Source: Azolla caroliniana (taxonomy: Eukaryota > Plantae > Polypodiophyta). Taken from it: DNA of 64,000 nt. How positions within the stretch are numbered: the first letter of the stretch is position 1; the number at the start of each line of letters is the position of its first letter. This document shows, piece after piece, positions 24,226 to 38,184 of the stretch. The position numbers and the translations under genes are program-made. The stretch is taken from positions 11,780,001 to 11,844,000 of the forward strand of contig JBHGNT010000010.1 in NCBI GenBank assembly GCA_043228905.1, written 5' to 3'. The notes under the pieces are model-generated. The model searched no databases, was not told where the DNA came from, and saw nothing but the letters and a program-made list of their open reading frames with translations.

Positions 24226-24799
24226 ACTATCTAGCTTGAGTTTAACCTAAAACTCGATCGAGTCCAACCCTTGTATTCCTTTCATTTTCTCCATCATTGA
24301 CAATAAGTTTTGGATGGACTATAACGCCATTGTCAACTCAGCATTAGGAGGTGTGTGTACCATGCAATTGGCGGTTGGATTTGTAATGTGAGGCAAAGTC
24401 GATCTCAAAGTTGAGTGCGGCATCGAGCTGGGATCTCGTTCATTGTGGTGTTGGTATGATGTCTCTTCAAGAAGTGTTTGTAACCCACCATCATGGTATC
24501 GGGTAGGGTTTGATGTGGCAGCCTCTTCGTTGGTCTCTATTTGGGCCACCTCGATTGGTCTTGTGAGCTTCAATTTGAAGAGACTCGTCCAGGTAGAAGT
24601 GGCCATGTCAAACTATTTAGGACTCGTCGAATCTTGGTGAATATTCGACGAGTGGCTACTCGCCGAAGGTTGAGGGCATGTTTGACCAATTAGACTCGAC
24701 ATGTTTTTTCTTTAGGGGAATGTTTGACACGTTAACTCGTTGAATGTTGGTGAATGTTTGACGAGTGGCTACTCATCGAAGGTTCACCCTGACTCCAAG

Positions 24800-27700
24800 A
24801 AATATGCCTACGTACTACGCTAGGATCGTAGGCATATAACGGCCCACTGGTTACAATCCGATCTGGCTCTCCGATCCGGCTATTGGTTCTGGATACCTAT
24901 CTAGCTCTCTGTTCCGGATACCGATCCGGCTCTGGCTTATTCAGCCGATCCGGATCCAATTGAGCTTGTTCTCTCAACACTCCCCCTCAAGCTCGGCTTG
25001 AGGTCAGATCGTGGTGTCAGTGTTTGCCGAACCTTGCAATCAGCTTCTTCTAGCATCTTCTCTCCTTGCTCGCGCTCCTAGACCCGTCTGATCCACGCAC
25101 CTCGACCTTCTCGGTCAGCTTGCATGCTCGTTCGTTTGGCCATCTATTGATTTGACTCCTCCGAATCGCCAGCCTTTGATTCTTTCTAGCTCTTGTCCAA
25201 ATTGGCTATCTCCAATTTGTCTTCAATCTTTAGGCCCTTTACCACGTCGGACCACGTTCAGGTCTTGGCCTTCTCCTTCCGGTTAGCTCTGTCCTTCTTG
25301 ACTCTATCATCGTCGCCGCTTGTTCCAACTTGTTCGGATGTGCCAACTTCTTCAATCAACTCTGCTCTCTTTTTCTTCTTGTCTCCCCTTGTTTCAGTTT
25401 CCTTCTCTCCGGCTCCTTGTTCGGTACCGTTACCTGCCTTTCCGGTTTCTGTTTCGGTTCTCCCCATACTAGTATTGGTTCTCCTCCTCAAGTGCGGCAA
25501 GTCAAGATGCTAAAGACCAAGCATCTCCGAAAAATGTTACAACTTGTCGGTCCCAAAGGCCTTGGTGAAGATGTTGGCAACCTGCCGATCCATCCGTACA
25601 TATGGGAGTTCGACTTCACCACTGAGGACCTACTCGTGTAGAAAGTGATAATGCACTTCTATATGCTTCGTGCGAGCATGGAGACAGAGTTCCTAGCAAG
25701 TTGTGAATTGTTCATGTTGTCGCAGTAGATCGAGATCGGAGTCTGAATTTCGATTCGTAGGTCTTGCAGCAACCATCGAAGCCATGTCGCTTCACATATG
25801 GCTATGGTAGTGCCCCGATACTTGAAAGAGCCAATGTCGTTGCTTTTTACTGCTCCACGCAACAACCGCACTACCTAGAGAGAACATGTAACCGGATGTG
25901 GATTGTCGATCCAACGCATCACCGGCCTAGTCGACATTTGTATTCGGTGCATGCATTAAAGGTGCTCCACAGTCGACTTCTTCGTGAACTCACTTATCAC
26001 CCCGACCGGATAGCTGATGTCAGGTCGGGTGATAGTAAGATATATTAGGCTCCATACAATCTGTCAAAACCGTGTCTTGTTGCAAGCCGATCTGGATTCG
26101 GGATGAAGCTTTAGGTTCCGGTCCAAGGGTGTGGAGACTAGTCAGCAATCGCTAAACTTGAACAGCATATTTAGCACATAGTGTCGTTGTGAGAGCAATA
26201 TGTCGTCGAGGGTATGAATCACTTCGATCCTGAGGAAGTAATGGAGGTTCCCTGGTCCTTCATTTTGAATTCGTCCGATAGTTGGGACTTCACTCGACGG
26301 ATTTAAGCAAGGCCAGGTTCGGTGATGACTAGATCATCCATGTATAACAAGATACATACCGGACCTTCCGAACCTTTCCGGATGAACAACGAAGAGTCTG
26401 ACTTCGAGGCCACAAACCCCATTTTACGCAACCGAGTGCATGATTTTCAAATTCCAAGCACGGGGGCTTGCATCAAGCTGTAAAGCAACTTCTTGAGCCG
26501 GCAAACTGCCGACTTGTTCATCTCCGATTGAAATCCGGGGGGCTGGATGATGTAGACTTGTTCTTCAAGGTCATCTTGAAGAAATGCATTCTTCACGTCC
26601 ATTTGGTGAAGATGCCACCCCCTTGCCACAATAATTGCTAGCACCACACGAACCGTCATCATCTTCGCTACCAGAGCGAAGGTCTCGTCATAATCAATTC
26701 CATGGGTCTGCGTATACCCTTTGGCCAACAACCGAGCCTTGTACCGGTTGACCGAACCGTCAGTATTATACTTTACCTTGTACACCCACTTGCAACTGAT
26801 TGTTTTGCAATGTCGGGGAGGGTCAACTAGGTCCCATGTGTTGTTGGCATCGAGTGCCCGCATCTCTTCCTCCATAGCGGCTCTCCATTGCAGGTCCTTT
26901 GCTACTTCTACGTAGCTCTCCGGCTCATGCACTTCCGCCACCTTTGTCATGTACACATAGTGATGTGCCATGTACTCATTATACCCATACCGTTTGACGA
27001 GGTTCTTCTGGTGGGTCCATCGCAATACCTTTAGGTTTGGTCGATTTCAAGGCCCTCTTGGCCGGCTTGGACTTCGTCTCCGAAGGTCCATCTTCGTTTT
27101 ATCTGGAATTAGATTCACTCCGATCCGACTCTTCTTTGTCGGTGTCGTACTCCGACATTTTCTTCTTCCCCTTCTCTTTGCACATGAACCGTCTCCTCGG
27201 TTCCTTGCGCAGGCAGAGCACGGTTGAGTCTCCACTACTCACCTGCTCTTCATCCTACTAGTATTTCCGACTCAACTCTTCATTTGGCTGGCTTGACAGC
27301 CGGAATGAGATCGGACTCTCATCCAGAGTTCCGAACTCTTCTTCTTATTCTGCCCGGATTGTTTCCGGTTCACTGACCTCATCTTCCGGAATCGGGTCGG
27401 AGTCGGTAGAGAGTACCATGATGTCGATTCGTCAAATTCAACATCTCAGCATTTACTCGGACTGTCTTTGTCTGCGGGTTATGGCACTTATACCCCTTTT
27501 GCTCATGGCAGTAGCCGATTAGTATGCAGTTCTCCGACTTCGGGTTCAGCTTTCTCCGCTTCTCATCCGGTACATGCACATAGGCTACGCTACCAAATAC
27601 CCTAAGCTGCCTTAAGTTCAGTTGCACCATAAATATCGCTCATGTGCTGACATCTTATCCCCGATCCGGTTTTGGTGTAGATGGTCGTCCAGACCGCTTC

Positions 27701-28843
27701 AGCCCAGTAGAACTTGGGCATGCTCTTCTCTTCCAACATTGCTCATGCCGCCTCCACATTTGACTGGTTCTTCCTTTCGGCCACACCGTTTTGTTCCGGT
27801 GTGTATCTACAACTGCTATAGATAACTATTGAATTGGCCGAAAAAGTACTCTTTTCGGCCATCTGACCGCAGACACTTGATCTTCCTCTCCATTTCCCGT
27901 TCCACAAGACTTTGTAGGTTCTAGAAACAGTCAAAAACTTCTCTTTTCCTTTCGATCAAGTAGATCCATGTGTGTCAATTGTAGTTGTCGATGAAGGAAA
28001 CCAAATATCAGCTCCCGCCAAGACTAACATTTTGTGTCGGTCCCCATACATCCGAATGTATCAAGTCGAGCTTGTTACAGCTCCGATTTCATTCGGTAAG
28101 AAACAAAAGTCGGTGTTGCTTCCCAAGTTGGCAAGCTTCACAAATTCGGGCCGTCCGGCCACTAAATTTCGGAAGTCCGAACACAACCTGTTTCTTCTGC
28201 AGGTCTTGAAGCCTTTGGTAGTTAACGTGGTCGATTCGCTTGTGCCATAAGTCGATATCTGATTTGACCTTCTTTCCTTTTGCGAACAAAGCGGTGCCGA
28301 CGCCATTTGTGTTGAGGATGAACATCCCCCCGTCTCGGCGCCCTTGGGTGATGATCTGGCCCTCTTCCTCAATGAAGCACCTGAGATGCGTAAATTGCAC
28401 CTACATCCCCTGGTCGACGATCTGCCCGACCGACACCAGGTTCTTTGTGATTGTCAAGACGTGAACCACATTCATAAGCTTCCATTGTTATCCGACATGA
28501 TTCAAGGTGACTTCTCTGACATGCACGATCGGGGTGAGGAGTGTCATCTCTGGTTTCGACAACTCCCGGTTGCTCTAGCTTTTCCAGAAACGAGAACCAC
28601 TCTTCATGGCTCGTCATATGGTTTGATGCTCCAGAGTCAACGTACCACACTCCCTCCAATCCAGAAGTTGTCTTCTTCATTGAGTTCGCCTTGTGCTTCA
28701 TTACAAAGGTTGGCCCTTTTCCAGTCTTTTATGGATCCTTCTGATCCTTCAACATAGTGCGAGCTTTGTCGGTTCCCTTCTCTAGCCTTACAGAATCCGG
28801 ATTTACCCATATCGACGGACTTCTTCCAACATTCGCTCTCCCG
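24800..28843 (-). mobile_element. Copia family C copy 1: protease to RNase H, 3' spacer, PPT and truncated 3' LTR (starts at 24979)
   Basis: WYVDSGASNHM, DLWHKRIDH, YKARLLAKGY and HQMDVKNAFL. PPT TGAGGGGGAG abuts TGTTGAG. Interrupted at the gag knuckle by the chromovirus-2 LTR end at 28844. Confidence 0.88.
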
Positions 28844-28860
28844 TGTCGAGACTCGTGAGT

Positions 28861-28880
28861 GGGGGGGGGGGGGGGGGGGG

Positions 28881-28944
<64 letters not shown>
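28861..28944. repeat. G23 homopolymer fused to a (GA)n microsatellite
   Basis: Read directly; lies within the chromovirus-2 LTR. Confidence 0.95.
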
Positions 28945-29196
28945 AATGGAAATGAGATTATATTATGAGGAAACAAGGTTACAAAGAGTGGGCTAAGGCT
29001 AAAAACTGGTGTCGAACTGAATGAGTTGTGATGAATGAATAGACACCTATTTATAGATCCTTATGGAGTATTCTAGAATGTTCTAGAATATTTTAGATAT
29101 TTATGATATTTAATATAATCATGGAATATCCGAGAATGTTCTAGAATACTCTAAATATCTTGTGATAACTAATAATATATTTATTAAATTATATAT

Positions 29197-32100
29197 TGTT
29201 CAGAATTAAGCTCAACTTGGTCTAGTGTGTGAACTCACCTTGAGAGTGAATAGACACTCCAACGGTCAAGAGTCACCATTATGTCACCACTTTGTATTCT
29301 AGCATTTAGTATCAGTCATAGAATCATATTCTATGACACATAATTTATGAGCTTTCACATTCCTCATGCTCCATGAATCTTGTAGTTAATGAAGAGAGAG
29401 GGTTACTATATAAAGCACCCTCCTCCCACCTTGTATAATGTTGAGTCTTACTCATTGTCTCTCTCATACACACACAGTTCATATCTATTCCGCTGCACAG
29501 AATCCATCTCTTGATTCTTTACATGGTATCAGAGCGACTTGGTAGCTCGATCTAGCCCATCCGCGTGTGTTGTGTCCTACGCCGACGACCAAGAACCGGC
29601 TCATCGCTATCGTAACCTCTCTACATAGCTCACATTCGAAGAGAGAAGAAGAAGAAGAAGAAGAAGAAGAAGAATCGACATAATTGTTAGGAAACAAGTC
29701 CCTCCGGATGGGAAGTGAGAAGAACAGTGTCAGCCAAAACCGGATGACAAGTACCCGGCTACGGAAGACCCGGTGAGAACCGGATGACGAGTACCCGGCA
29801 AGAGCCAGATGGTGAAGCCCCGGTGAGAACTGGATGTGGAGTACCTGGCAACGGAAGACCCGGTGAGAACCGGATGATGTGTGCCCGGCAAGCGCCGGAT
29901 GATGCAGGCCCGGTGAGGAGTGCTCACCGGATGAAGGGACATATTCGTAAATATGTTTCTAAGAGTCCATCGGGGCTATATTTGTAAATAGCCGAAAAGT
30001 CATATTAGTATAAATATGACTTAGGACAAACTTTAGTTTGTTGTTGTTATTCTTGTTGGTGCAAGATTAGAGCATGTAACTGTGTACAGAGAGAGAGAGA
30101 GAGAGAGAAAGAGGTCGTTGCCTCTATTGTAACCGCCGCCTGTGGCGAAGATAGCAAGCTCGAGGTCATTGCCTCGGTGCTTCACTATTGTACATTCTAA
30201 TATAGTGATAGTTTGCAGTCTGTGGGTTGTCGTGGTTTTTCCCTAGTTTGGGTTTTCCACGTTAACATCCTGTGTACTCTTCTCTTCACTGTGTTGTGCG
30301 TTCATTACCCGTTTACTGTGTTTGATTCTAGGCTCGGTTGTGGCCGAGCGCTGTTCATCGGGAGCGTGTATTCTTGTCAATAATGAATACTCAAATGGGG
30401 AGCACTCTCCCTACCGAGAAGTTGGATCGAAACAACTTCGCATCTTGGGAGTACAAGATGCACCAATACCTTGTCGGACAAGGCTATTGGAGCTACATCA
30501 AAGGAGCGCACGAAGACCGACCCGTCGATACGGCTCCCGGATACGCGACATGGGAGCAAGCCGCAAGCCACGTGATGTATTGCTTGGAAAAATGTATTCA
30601 CGATCACATGCTCGGCTCCATTTGCGAAGCCAAGACGCCAAAGGAGGCATGGGAAAATCTACAAAAGATTTTCGTGGCGAACACAACCGCAAGAAGGCTT
30701 CTACTCCGTCAAGAGTTGAACAACATTCAACAACGGGACATGTCCATCACGACATACTCTACACGCACTCTAACGGAGGAAGAGGACACGGATGAGCAAG
30801 AGGACGATTCGTCCAAGGAAAAGGCGGATGAGGTCCGACCTACGACAACAACTCCCAATTTCGGCCGCCAAACGAAAGCCAGCGAGGAACCTTCGCAAGA
30901 AGGGGGAGCTTCCACTCCGGCCCGAGCCGTCAAAACGCAACCAAATGCGGATATTGTGGAAAGCTCAGCAACCACGAAGAAGAGTGCCAAAAGAAGATGT
31001 GTGAATCGGCTTCCACAAGCCAACAACTCACGAATTATGCGCACAATTCCGACTACGAAGAGTATAGTGGAATGTACGGGCACAACTCCGACCGAGGCGG
31101 AATGTTCATGATGAAACATAGAGCAAACTCTATGTTGGCCTCTACCTCAAATAGTGCCCTCAATCTGGAGGATGTATGGTTTGTTGACTCCAGAGCCTCA
31201 AACCATATGACATCTCATAAAGAATGGTTTCTCGAACTTCGAGAGCGACCCGGTTATGTTGAAACCGGAGATGACACGGCGCACCCGATTCGGCATATCG
31301 GAAATGTTCCGTTCGGCGAAAGAGGTAAGCAAACATACATTAAAAATGTCTTGCATGTTCCCACCATCACGAAGAACTTGCTCTCGGTCGGCAAAATGGT
31401 TGAGCAAGGGATGCAAGTACGACTCAACCCAGAAGGGTGCTTCATCGAAAAAGAGGGCTGAATCATCACGCGCGGAAGAACAGAGGGCCGGATGTTCATT
31501 CTCGTTCACACGAGATGAAATCCGCCATGTTTGCAAAAAGCACGAAAGCCGACTCTGACATAGAGCTATGGCACAAGCGAATCAGCCACGTCAATCTCAA
31601 CAAACTCAAAGCAATAAAATCGAAAGGAGTCGTCATTGGACTCCCGACATTCAAAGAGAAGGAGATTGAAGGTGTATGCAAAGCGTGCCAATTCAACAAG
31701 CAACACTGACACCCATTCCCGAAAGAGTAGAACGTGAGCAAAGGTCTACTCGACGTAGTCCATTCCGACGTATGGGGACCGGCGGAAACGGCTACATTCC
31801 GCGGATGCCGATTTTACGTGCTCTTCATCGACGACTTCTCCAAGCACACGTGGCTCTATCTGATGCAGTAAAAGAGTGAAGTGTTCGGACACTTCCAAAG
31901 GTTTAAAAACGAAGTCGAAAAAGCCACTAGTCATCATGTACGATGCCTTCGATCGGATGGCGGTAAGGAGTACTTCTTGGACGATTTCACGGCGTATCTC
32001 CGAAAGGAAGGAATTCGGCGAGAATTCACTTGCTGACACACTCTGCAACAAAACGGAGTAGCCGAGCGCAAAAATCGGCACATCCTCGAAGTAGCGCAGG

Positions 32101-34979
32101 CCATGATGAACAAGAAGCATATACCCAAGTCATATTGGTCCGAAGCTGCAAATACGATCATCTACCAAATGAACCGGTGCACAACATCTAGAGTGCATGA
32201 GGTCACTCCGCACGAAAAATACTTCGAAAAGAAGCTGGATATTCGACACGATAGCATACGTGCACATCCCCGACGAGAAGCGTCAAAAGCTTGACCCGAA
32301 GTCGTAGAAATGTATCCTCGTAGGATACTCACTGGAGCAAAAGGGGTACAAGTGCTACAACCTCTCAACTCGAAAATCTCGAGTAAGTCGAGATGTTGTA
32401 TTTGACAAGTCCGCATCCTGGTATGAACCAGAGACAACTTCGACTCCGACTCCGCTCGACCCAGAATCCGCCGAACAAGAGATAGAGGATGAAGATCGCC
32501 TTACACACATGTTCGAATAAAGTCCGATCACGACCCGATTGAGCAGAGCACAAAAGCCTTTGAGCGATCAAAGCACATCACGACCTAGCCCGAAGATAGA
32601 CAAAGGCAAGGCGAAAATGTTGGAATACGAAGATGATCGCTTCGACGACGATGAGTTGACTCACTCACTCGACAGTGAGTTTGGCGGCTTCGATGTACCA
32701 ATCGGAGCTAAGAAAGCCCTCATCTCTGCAAATGAAAAGCTTTGTCGCTCCACCCATGAAAAGAATCCAATCAGCCGATTCGGCTACAACAACTACATGG
32801 CATATCACTATGCCTTTATGATGAAGGTGGCGGTAGTATGCAAGCCGGAAACATTTTCCGAAGCAGCCAAGGATCCGCGATGGATCAAAGCCATGAACGA
32901 GGAGATGCAAGCACTACACAAGAACGAGGTGTGGGATCTCATTCCCACCTCACCACACAAAAAGGTGATCGGATGCAGATGGATTTACAAAGTGAAGTAC
33001 AACTTCGAGTGTTCCGTCAACCGCTACAAAGCGCGACTTGTAGCGAAAGGCTACGCACAAACACACGGAGTTGACTACGAAGAGACCTTTTCCCCGGTGG
33101 CAAAGATGATGACAGTACGGACCATAATTACGCTTGCCGCGGCGAAAGGGTGGCACCTCCATCAAATGGATGTCAAGAACGCCTTTCTACAAGGCGAATT
33201 AGAAGAGGTGTACATGATACAACCACCCGGCTTCAACTCGAGCACCCATCTGAAAGTTGTATGCCGACTCAAAAAGCCACTCTACGGCCTGCCACTCTAC
33301 GGCCTCAAGCAAGCATCGCGTGCTTGGCATTCAAAGATAACGCAATATCTTCATCAAATTGGCTTCTGTAAGTCAAAATCGGACAACTCCCTCTACATAC
33401 GAACGATTCCGCAAGTCCGATCGTCATCATCTTATATGTGGATGACCTAGACATTGGAGGTGAGCATCTCGTCGAAATCAATAAGGTCAAATCCCTCCTT
33501 TCCGAGAAGTTCAAGATGACGGACATGAAGGAGCTCCACTACTTCCTCGGCATCGAGATAATTCGAACTCCGGCCAGAATCATGATCTCTCAATGGCACT
33601 ACATCCTCAACTTGTTATACAAGTTCGGTATGGCTGACTGCAAATCCGCGGCAACTCCGCTCAATCGCAATCTCAAACTAGATGTAAACTCCGGCACTAA
33701 AGCGTGTGAGTCGACTCAGTATCGGCAACTCATCGGGAGTCTCATCTACCTCACGATCACACGACCCGATCTCAGTTATCCAGTCGGTCTCTTTAGCCAA
33801 TTCATGCAAACACCACGTGATACTCACCTGGATTGCACTAAGCGAGTTCTACGATACATGAGCGGCACAATGAATTGCGGCATCCTCTACAAGACCGCGA
33901 TGCCAATACGACTCGAGGGGTACACAGACGCCGATTGGGCCGGCTACAAAGCCGATAGAAGATCAACCTCCGGATTTGTTTTTTCCCTCGGCAGCGGAGC
34001 AATATCATGGAGCAGCAAAAAGCGACCAACCGTCGCTCTTTCGAGCACAGAGGCGGAATACAGGGGCACGGCAGGATGGCTCAAAGGGATACTCAAGGAC
34101 CTGGGCGTACCTATCAAGGATCCGACTTCCCTTTACTAAGACAACATGAGCAGTATCTATCTGGCTCGGAACCCGGTGTTCCACGCGCGAACAAAGCACG
34201 CACTATCACTACATCCGAGAGCTCGTTCTAGCTGGCGATGTCGACCTACAACACATTAGCACCAATCTCCAAACAGCCGACATGTTCACTAAAGCCTTAG
34301 GAGCCGACAAGCTATGGCAATTCATGAACAATCTCGGATTGACGATCCCTGACCTGCCAAGCTTGAGGGGGAGTACTGAAGAAACTACGCAATAACACGT
34401 GGATTCCGCAGCTGCGCAACGAAGTCGCGAAGAGCCGATCTACCGCGCAAAGCCGCGAAGAAAGACACAAGCCCAAGCACAGACTTCGCAACTATGCACA
34501 ACACAAGCTGGAGCATGGATTCCGCAACTCCGCATAAATGCGAGTCAACATGAGTCAACGCGGACTCCGGAACGCGAGTCGAAGCGGATTTCGGATACCG
34601 TCTGAAACCGACCTGACTTGAGCTTGAGGGGGCATGTTGAGAATCAAGCTCAACTTGGTCTAGGGTGTGAACTCACCTTGAGAGTGAATAGACACTCCAA
34701 CGGTCAAGAGTCACCATTATGTCACCACTTTGTATTCAAGCATTTAGTATCATTCATAGAATCATATTCTATGACACATAACTTATGCGCTTTCACATTC
34801 CCCATGCTCCATGAGTCTTGTAGTTAATGAAGAGAGAGGGTGTCTATATAAAGCACCCTCCTCCCACCTTGTATAATGTTGATTCTTACTCCTTGTCTCT
34901 CTCACACTCTCTATCTCTCATACACACACACAATTCATATCTATTCCGTTGCACAAAATCCATCTCTTGATTCTTTACG
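29197..34979 (+). mobile_element. Near full-length degenerate copia family B copy 2 with both LTRs (29197-29523 and 34635-34979) and TSD TATAT
   Basis: TATAT at 29192-29196 and 34980-34984. Perfect PBS TGGTATCAGAGC at 29524-29535. gag starts at 30383 with an internal deletion, followed by protease, integrase, RT, RNase H (YTDADWAG) and PPT. Confidence 0.93.
29685..30379 (+). mobile_element. Solo LTR of the Tnt1/Tork-like family with TSD ATAAT
   Basis: TGTTAGG...TTGTCA, with ATAAT at 29680-29684 and 30380-30384. Homologous to the LTR at 7032-7638. U3 has ~40-bp repeats CCGGATGA...CCGGTGAGAA at 29740-29935. Confidence 0.92.
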
Positions 34980-37900
34980 TATATCATATATGTTATTATA
35001 ATGGTTAAAGGTTTAACATATAGACCAAGACGTCTTGGGCTCGAATCCTTGTAAGGCCAAAATGTATGTCTTCATGATATTATCCCCCCTTTTCGATGAC
35101 GAGTTCCACGAGTCGGAAGACAAGATTTCGAACTTGGCTTATGTGGATATTTGTTGTGAAATGCAGCAACCATTTCGGAGGCATTAGCAAGATTCTCGAG
35201 AGGTTCCCATGTTCGATCATTAGGTGTATAACCTAACCAGTCAACCAAATAATACAGTTTGTTGCGAACGATCTTGGAGTCGAGAATGGTAACAACTTCA
35301 TATTCGGAGCCATCCAAAACATCGATTGGAGGTGGGGGAGATGTAAGACAGCCTGGAATAGAGCTGGTTGTGTACGGCTCCAAAAGTGAAACATGGAAGA
35401 CCGGGTGAAGATGCATATGAGGGGGAAGATCAAGGCGAAATGCCACATTATTGATCTTACCTGATATCACATATGGGCCAAAACGTTGATAATCCAATTT
35501 GTAGCAAGGTCAGGTTGTTTTAATGCGCGACCTTGTAAAAGCCATACTCGATCTCCCACTTGAAACGTAATCGATGAATAACGTCAATGATGGTCGGCAA
35601 CCTTCTTTTGAGTGTTTTGAGCATCACATAAATGGTGCAAAAGGATATCTTGAACTTCTTGGAGTCGGACAAGCCGATCTTTAGCAGTTGGGTTTGTCAG
35701 GAGTTTGGGATGTTCAAACACAGTCCAACGAGGATGGTACCCAATGTTTGCAAAAAATGGGGAATATCCAGTAGAAGAATGTTCTAAGTTGTTGTAAACA
35801 AATTCCGCCAAATGTAATAGATCAACCCAATCATCTTGTTGATAGTTGACAAAACAACGAAGATATTGTTCTACTGTTTGGTTGGTGTGCTCACTCTGCC
35901 CGTTAGTTTCTGGATGGTAGCCGGAAGAGAGTTTGCAAGAAGTATGTAAGAGTTTGAAGATGTGTCGCCAAAATTTTGAGATGAACTGGGGACCCCGATC
36001 ACTGATAATATCATCGGGAAGACCATGATGCCGAAACACCTCTCGCATGAGTAACTCGGTTGTCTCTTGGCTCGTAATGGCCTTTGTGCAAGGAAGAAAA
36101 TGTGCCATCTTGGTAAAACGATCTACTACCATGAGAATAGAGTCAAAACCCTTGGAAGGTGGTAGATCCGTAATGAAGTCCAATGAAATAGATTTTCATG
36201 GACTCTCAGGAATAGGCATTGGTTGTAATAAACCCATATGGATGATGTCGAGGTTTTTTGGATCGGCAACATGTATCACAACTATGAACATAATCCGTAA
36301 CAAAATGGCGAAGTTGTGGCCACCAATACCTTCGAGAAATTAGCGCCAAAGTCTTGTGGATGCCGAAATGTCCAGCCATTGGTGTGTCATGACATTGTTG
36401 CAAGACTTGGAGTCGAGAAGGAACATCAAGCACATATAAGAGATTTTGTCGAAAAAGTAAACCATCATGCCAATTGAACTAGTTGTAGTCTTGATGAGGA
36501 TTTTGAGATTGTGAACAAGAAGCACGATCTAGGATAATATGGTTCAGAATGTCTTGGGCGAATTCATCGGTCTCAATATGCTCCCAAATGGAGTCCAGAA
36601 GACACGAATCCCCGGGTGTGTCTATAGCATGGAATGCCATTAGTCGTAGATGGCCAGGACCCAAGAAGATTTGCTTCTGACTTTCAAATGCAGCCTCTCC
36701 TAGTTGAAGTTCCATATACGAACGCCGAGATAAAGCATCTACTTTTCCTTGTTGTGTCCCAGGGCGATATAGAATTACAAAATCAAAACGAGTTAAGAAT
36801 TGCGCCCAACGTGCTTGTTGACAACTCAAGACTCGAGCACTTTGGAAGTACGTTAGATTTTGTGATCATTATAGACAATGATTTGTTGAGACGAACCCTC
36901 TAGAAAATGACGCCATTGTTGAAAAGAATCCACAATGGCAAGAAGCTCTTTGTCGTGAATCTCATAGTTGATTTTTGCAGCTTCGAATTTCCATGAATGA
37001 AAAGCCACAGGGTGCAGGTGGCCATCATTGCTAATCTGGGATAATACACTTCCTAGTGCTAAGTCCGATGCATCAACTTCGAGTATAAAGCACTTCAATG
37101 GATCAACATGCATCAAAATTGGTGCGGATGTAAATGCTTGCTTTTATCCTTCAAATGTAGAGTTTGTATTTATACTCCACATAAATGGTTGATTCTTTTG
37201 TGTCAATTGAGTGAGGGGCAATACGATCTTTGAATAATCTTTGATGAACTTGCGATAAAAGTTTGCGAACCCCAAAAAACATTGTACATCTCGCACAGAC
37301 TGTGGTGTTTGCCAATCCAAAGTTGTTTGAACCTTTGCTGGATCCATAGAGATGCCATGTGAAGACACTATATGTACCCCAAAAATTCCACTTGACGTTG
37401 GTCGAAATTGCACTTCTCCAATTTTGCATAGAGACCATATTCACGCAACCGTTGCAATGCTTGTCGAACATGTATATCATGATCCTCTTGAGTTTTTTAC
37501 TAGATAGATATCATCCAGGTAAACTATGACGAAAATATCGAGGAAATCTCAAAAAATGTCATTTGCCATATGTTGGAAAACTGTTGGTGCATTTGTGAGA
37601 CCAAATGGTATCATTGTATACTCAAAATGACCATAGCAAGTATAGAAAGCAGTCTTCCATTCATCCCCAGGATGAATTCGAACAAGATTTGTAAGCACCT
37701 CGAAGATCTAACTTTGTCAAATACTTAGCTACATTGAGGCGTTCCAGAAGGGGGCTCTAAATCAATGGTAGAGCATATCAGTTTCGAATAGTTACTTTAT
37801 TCAATCCTCGATAATACACGACCAGACGAAGTGAACCATCTTTCTTCTTAATGCAAAATATGGGTGCACCGCCAGGAGATCTTAAATGCTAGATAAACCC

Positions 37901-38184
37901 ATTCGTCAAGTTATCATCGATATATTCCCGAAGAACCTCTAGCTCCGTGGGCGAAAGGTTATAAATTGGCCCCCATGGAGGCTCCTTTCCAAGCTGCAAA
38001 TCAATCGGGCAATCATATGATCGATGCTCTAGTAGTTTATTGGCCTTTACCTTATCAAACATATCAAAGAATTTTATATATTTCTTCGGTAGTTGGACCC
38101 CCAATTCTTGTGAGCTCGATGTGGGAGTTGCTAAAACTGCGAACACCAACATGTTTTCCTTCCGCCTTCCTCACGTAACTGATG

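Larger units (their letters stand above)
28844..38184 (-). mobile_element. Second Tcn1-like chromovirus, degenerate: pol 35072-38184; 3' LTR in two pieces (35079-34980 and 29196-28844), split by copia B2
   Basis: [12 protein letters not shown], RNase H (NYEIHDKELLA), integrase (MDFITDLP, HPETNGQSE) and chromodomain (YLVDWLGYTPNDRTWEP). PPT at 35080-35093. The LTR has TTCTAGAA arrays, a TATA box and a terminal ...CGACA. Confidence 0.88.

Noticed and set aside
24990-25490. env-like ORF in the copia 3' spacer
   Set aside because: It is short and highly charged, with no transmembrane segment in the sense frame.
29740-29935. CRISPR-like repeat-spacer array
   Set aside because: These are degenerate tandem U3 repeats within a eukaryotic LTR, with no unique spacers and no cas genes.
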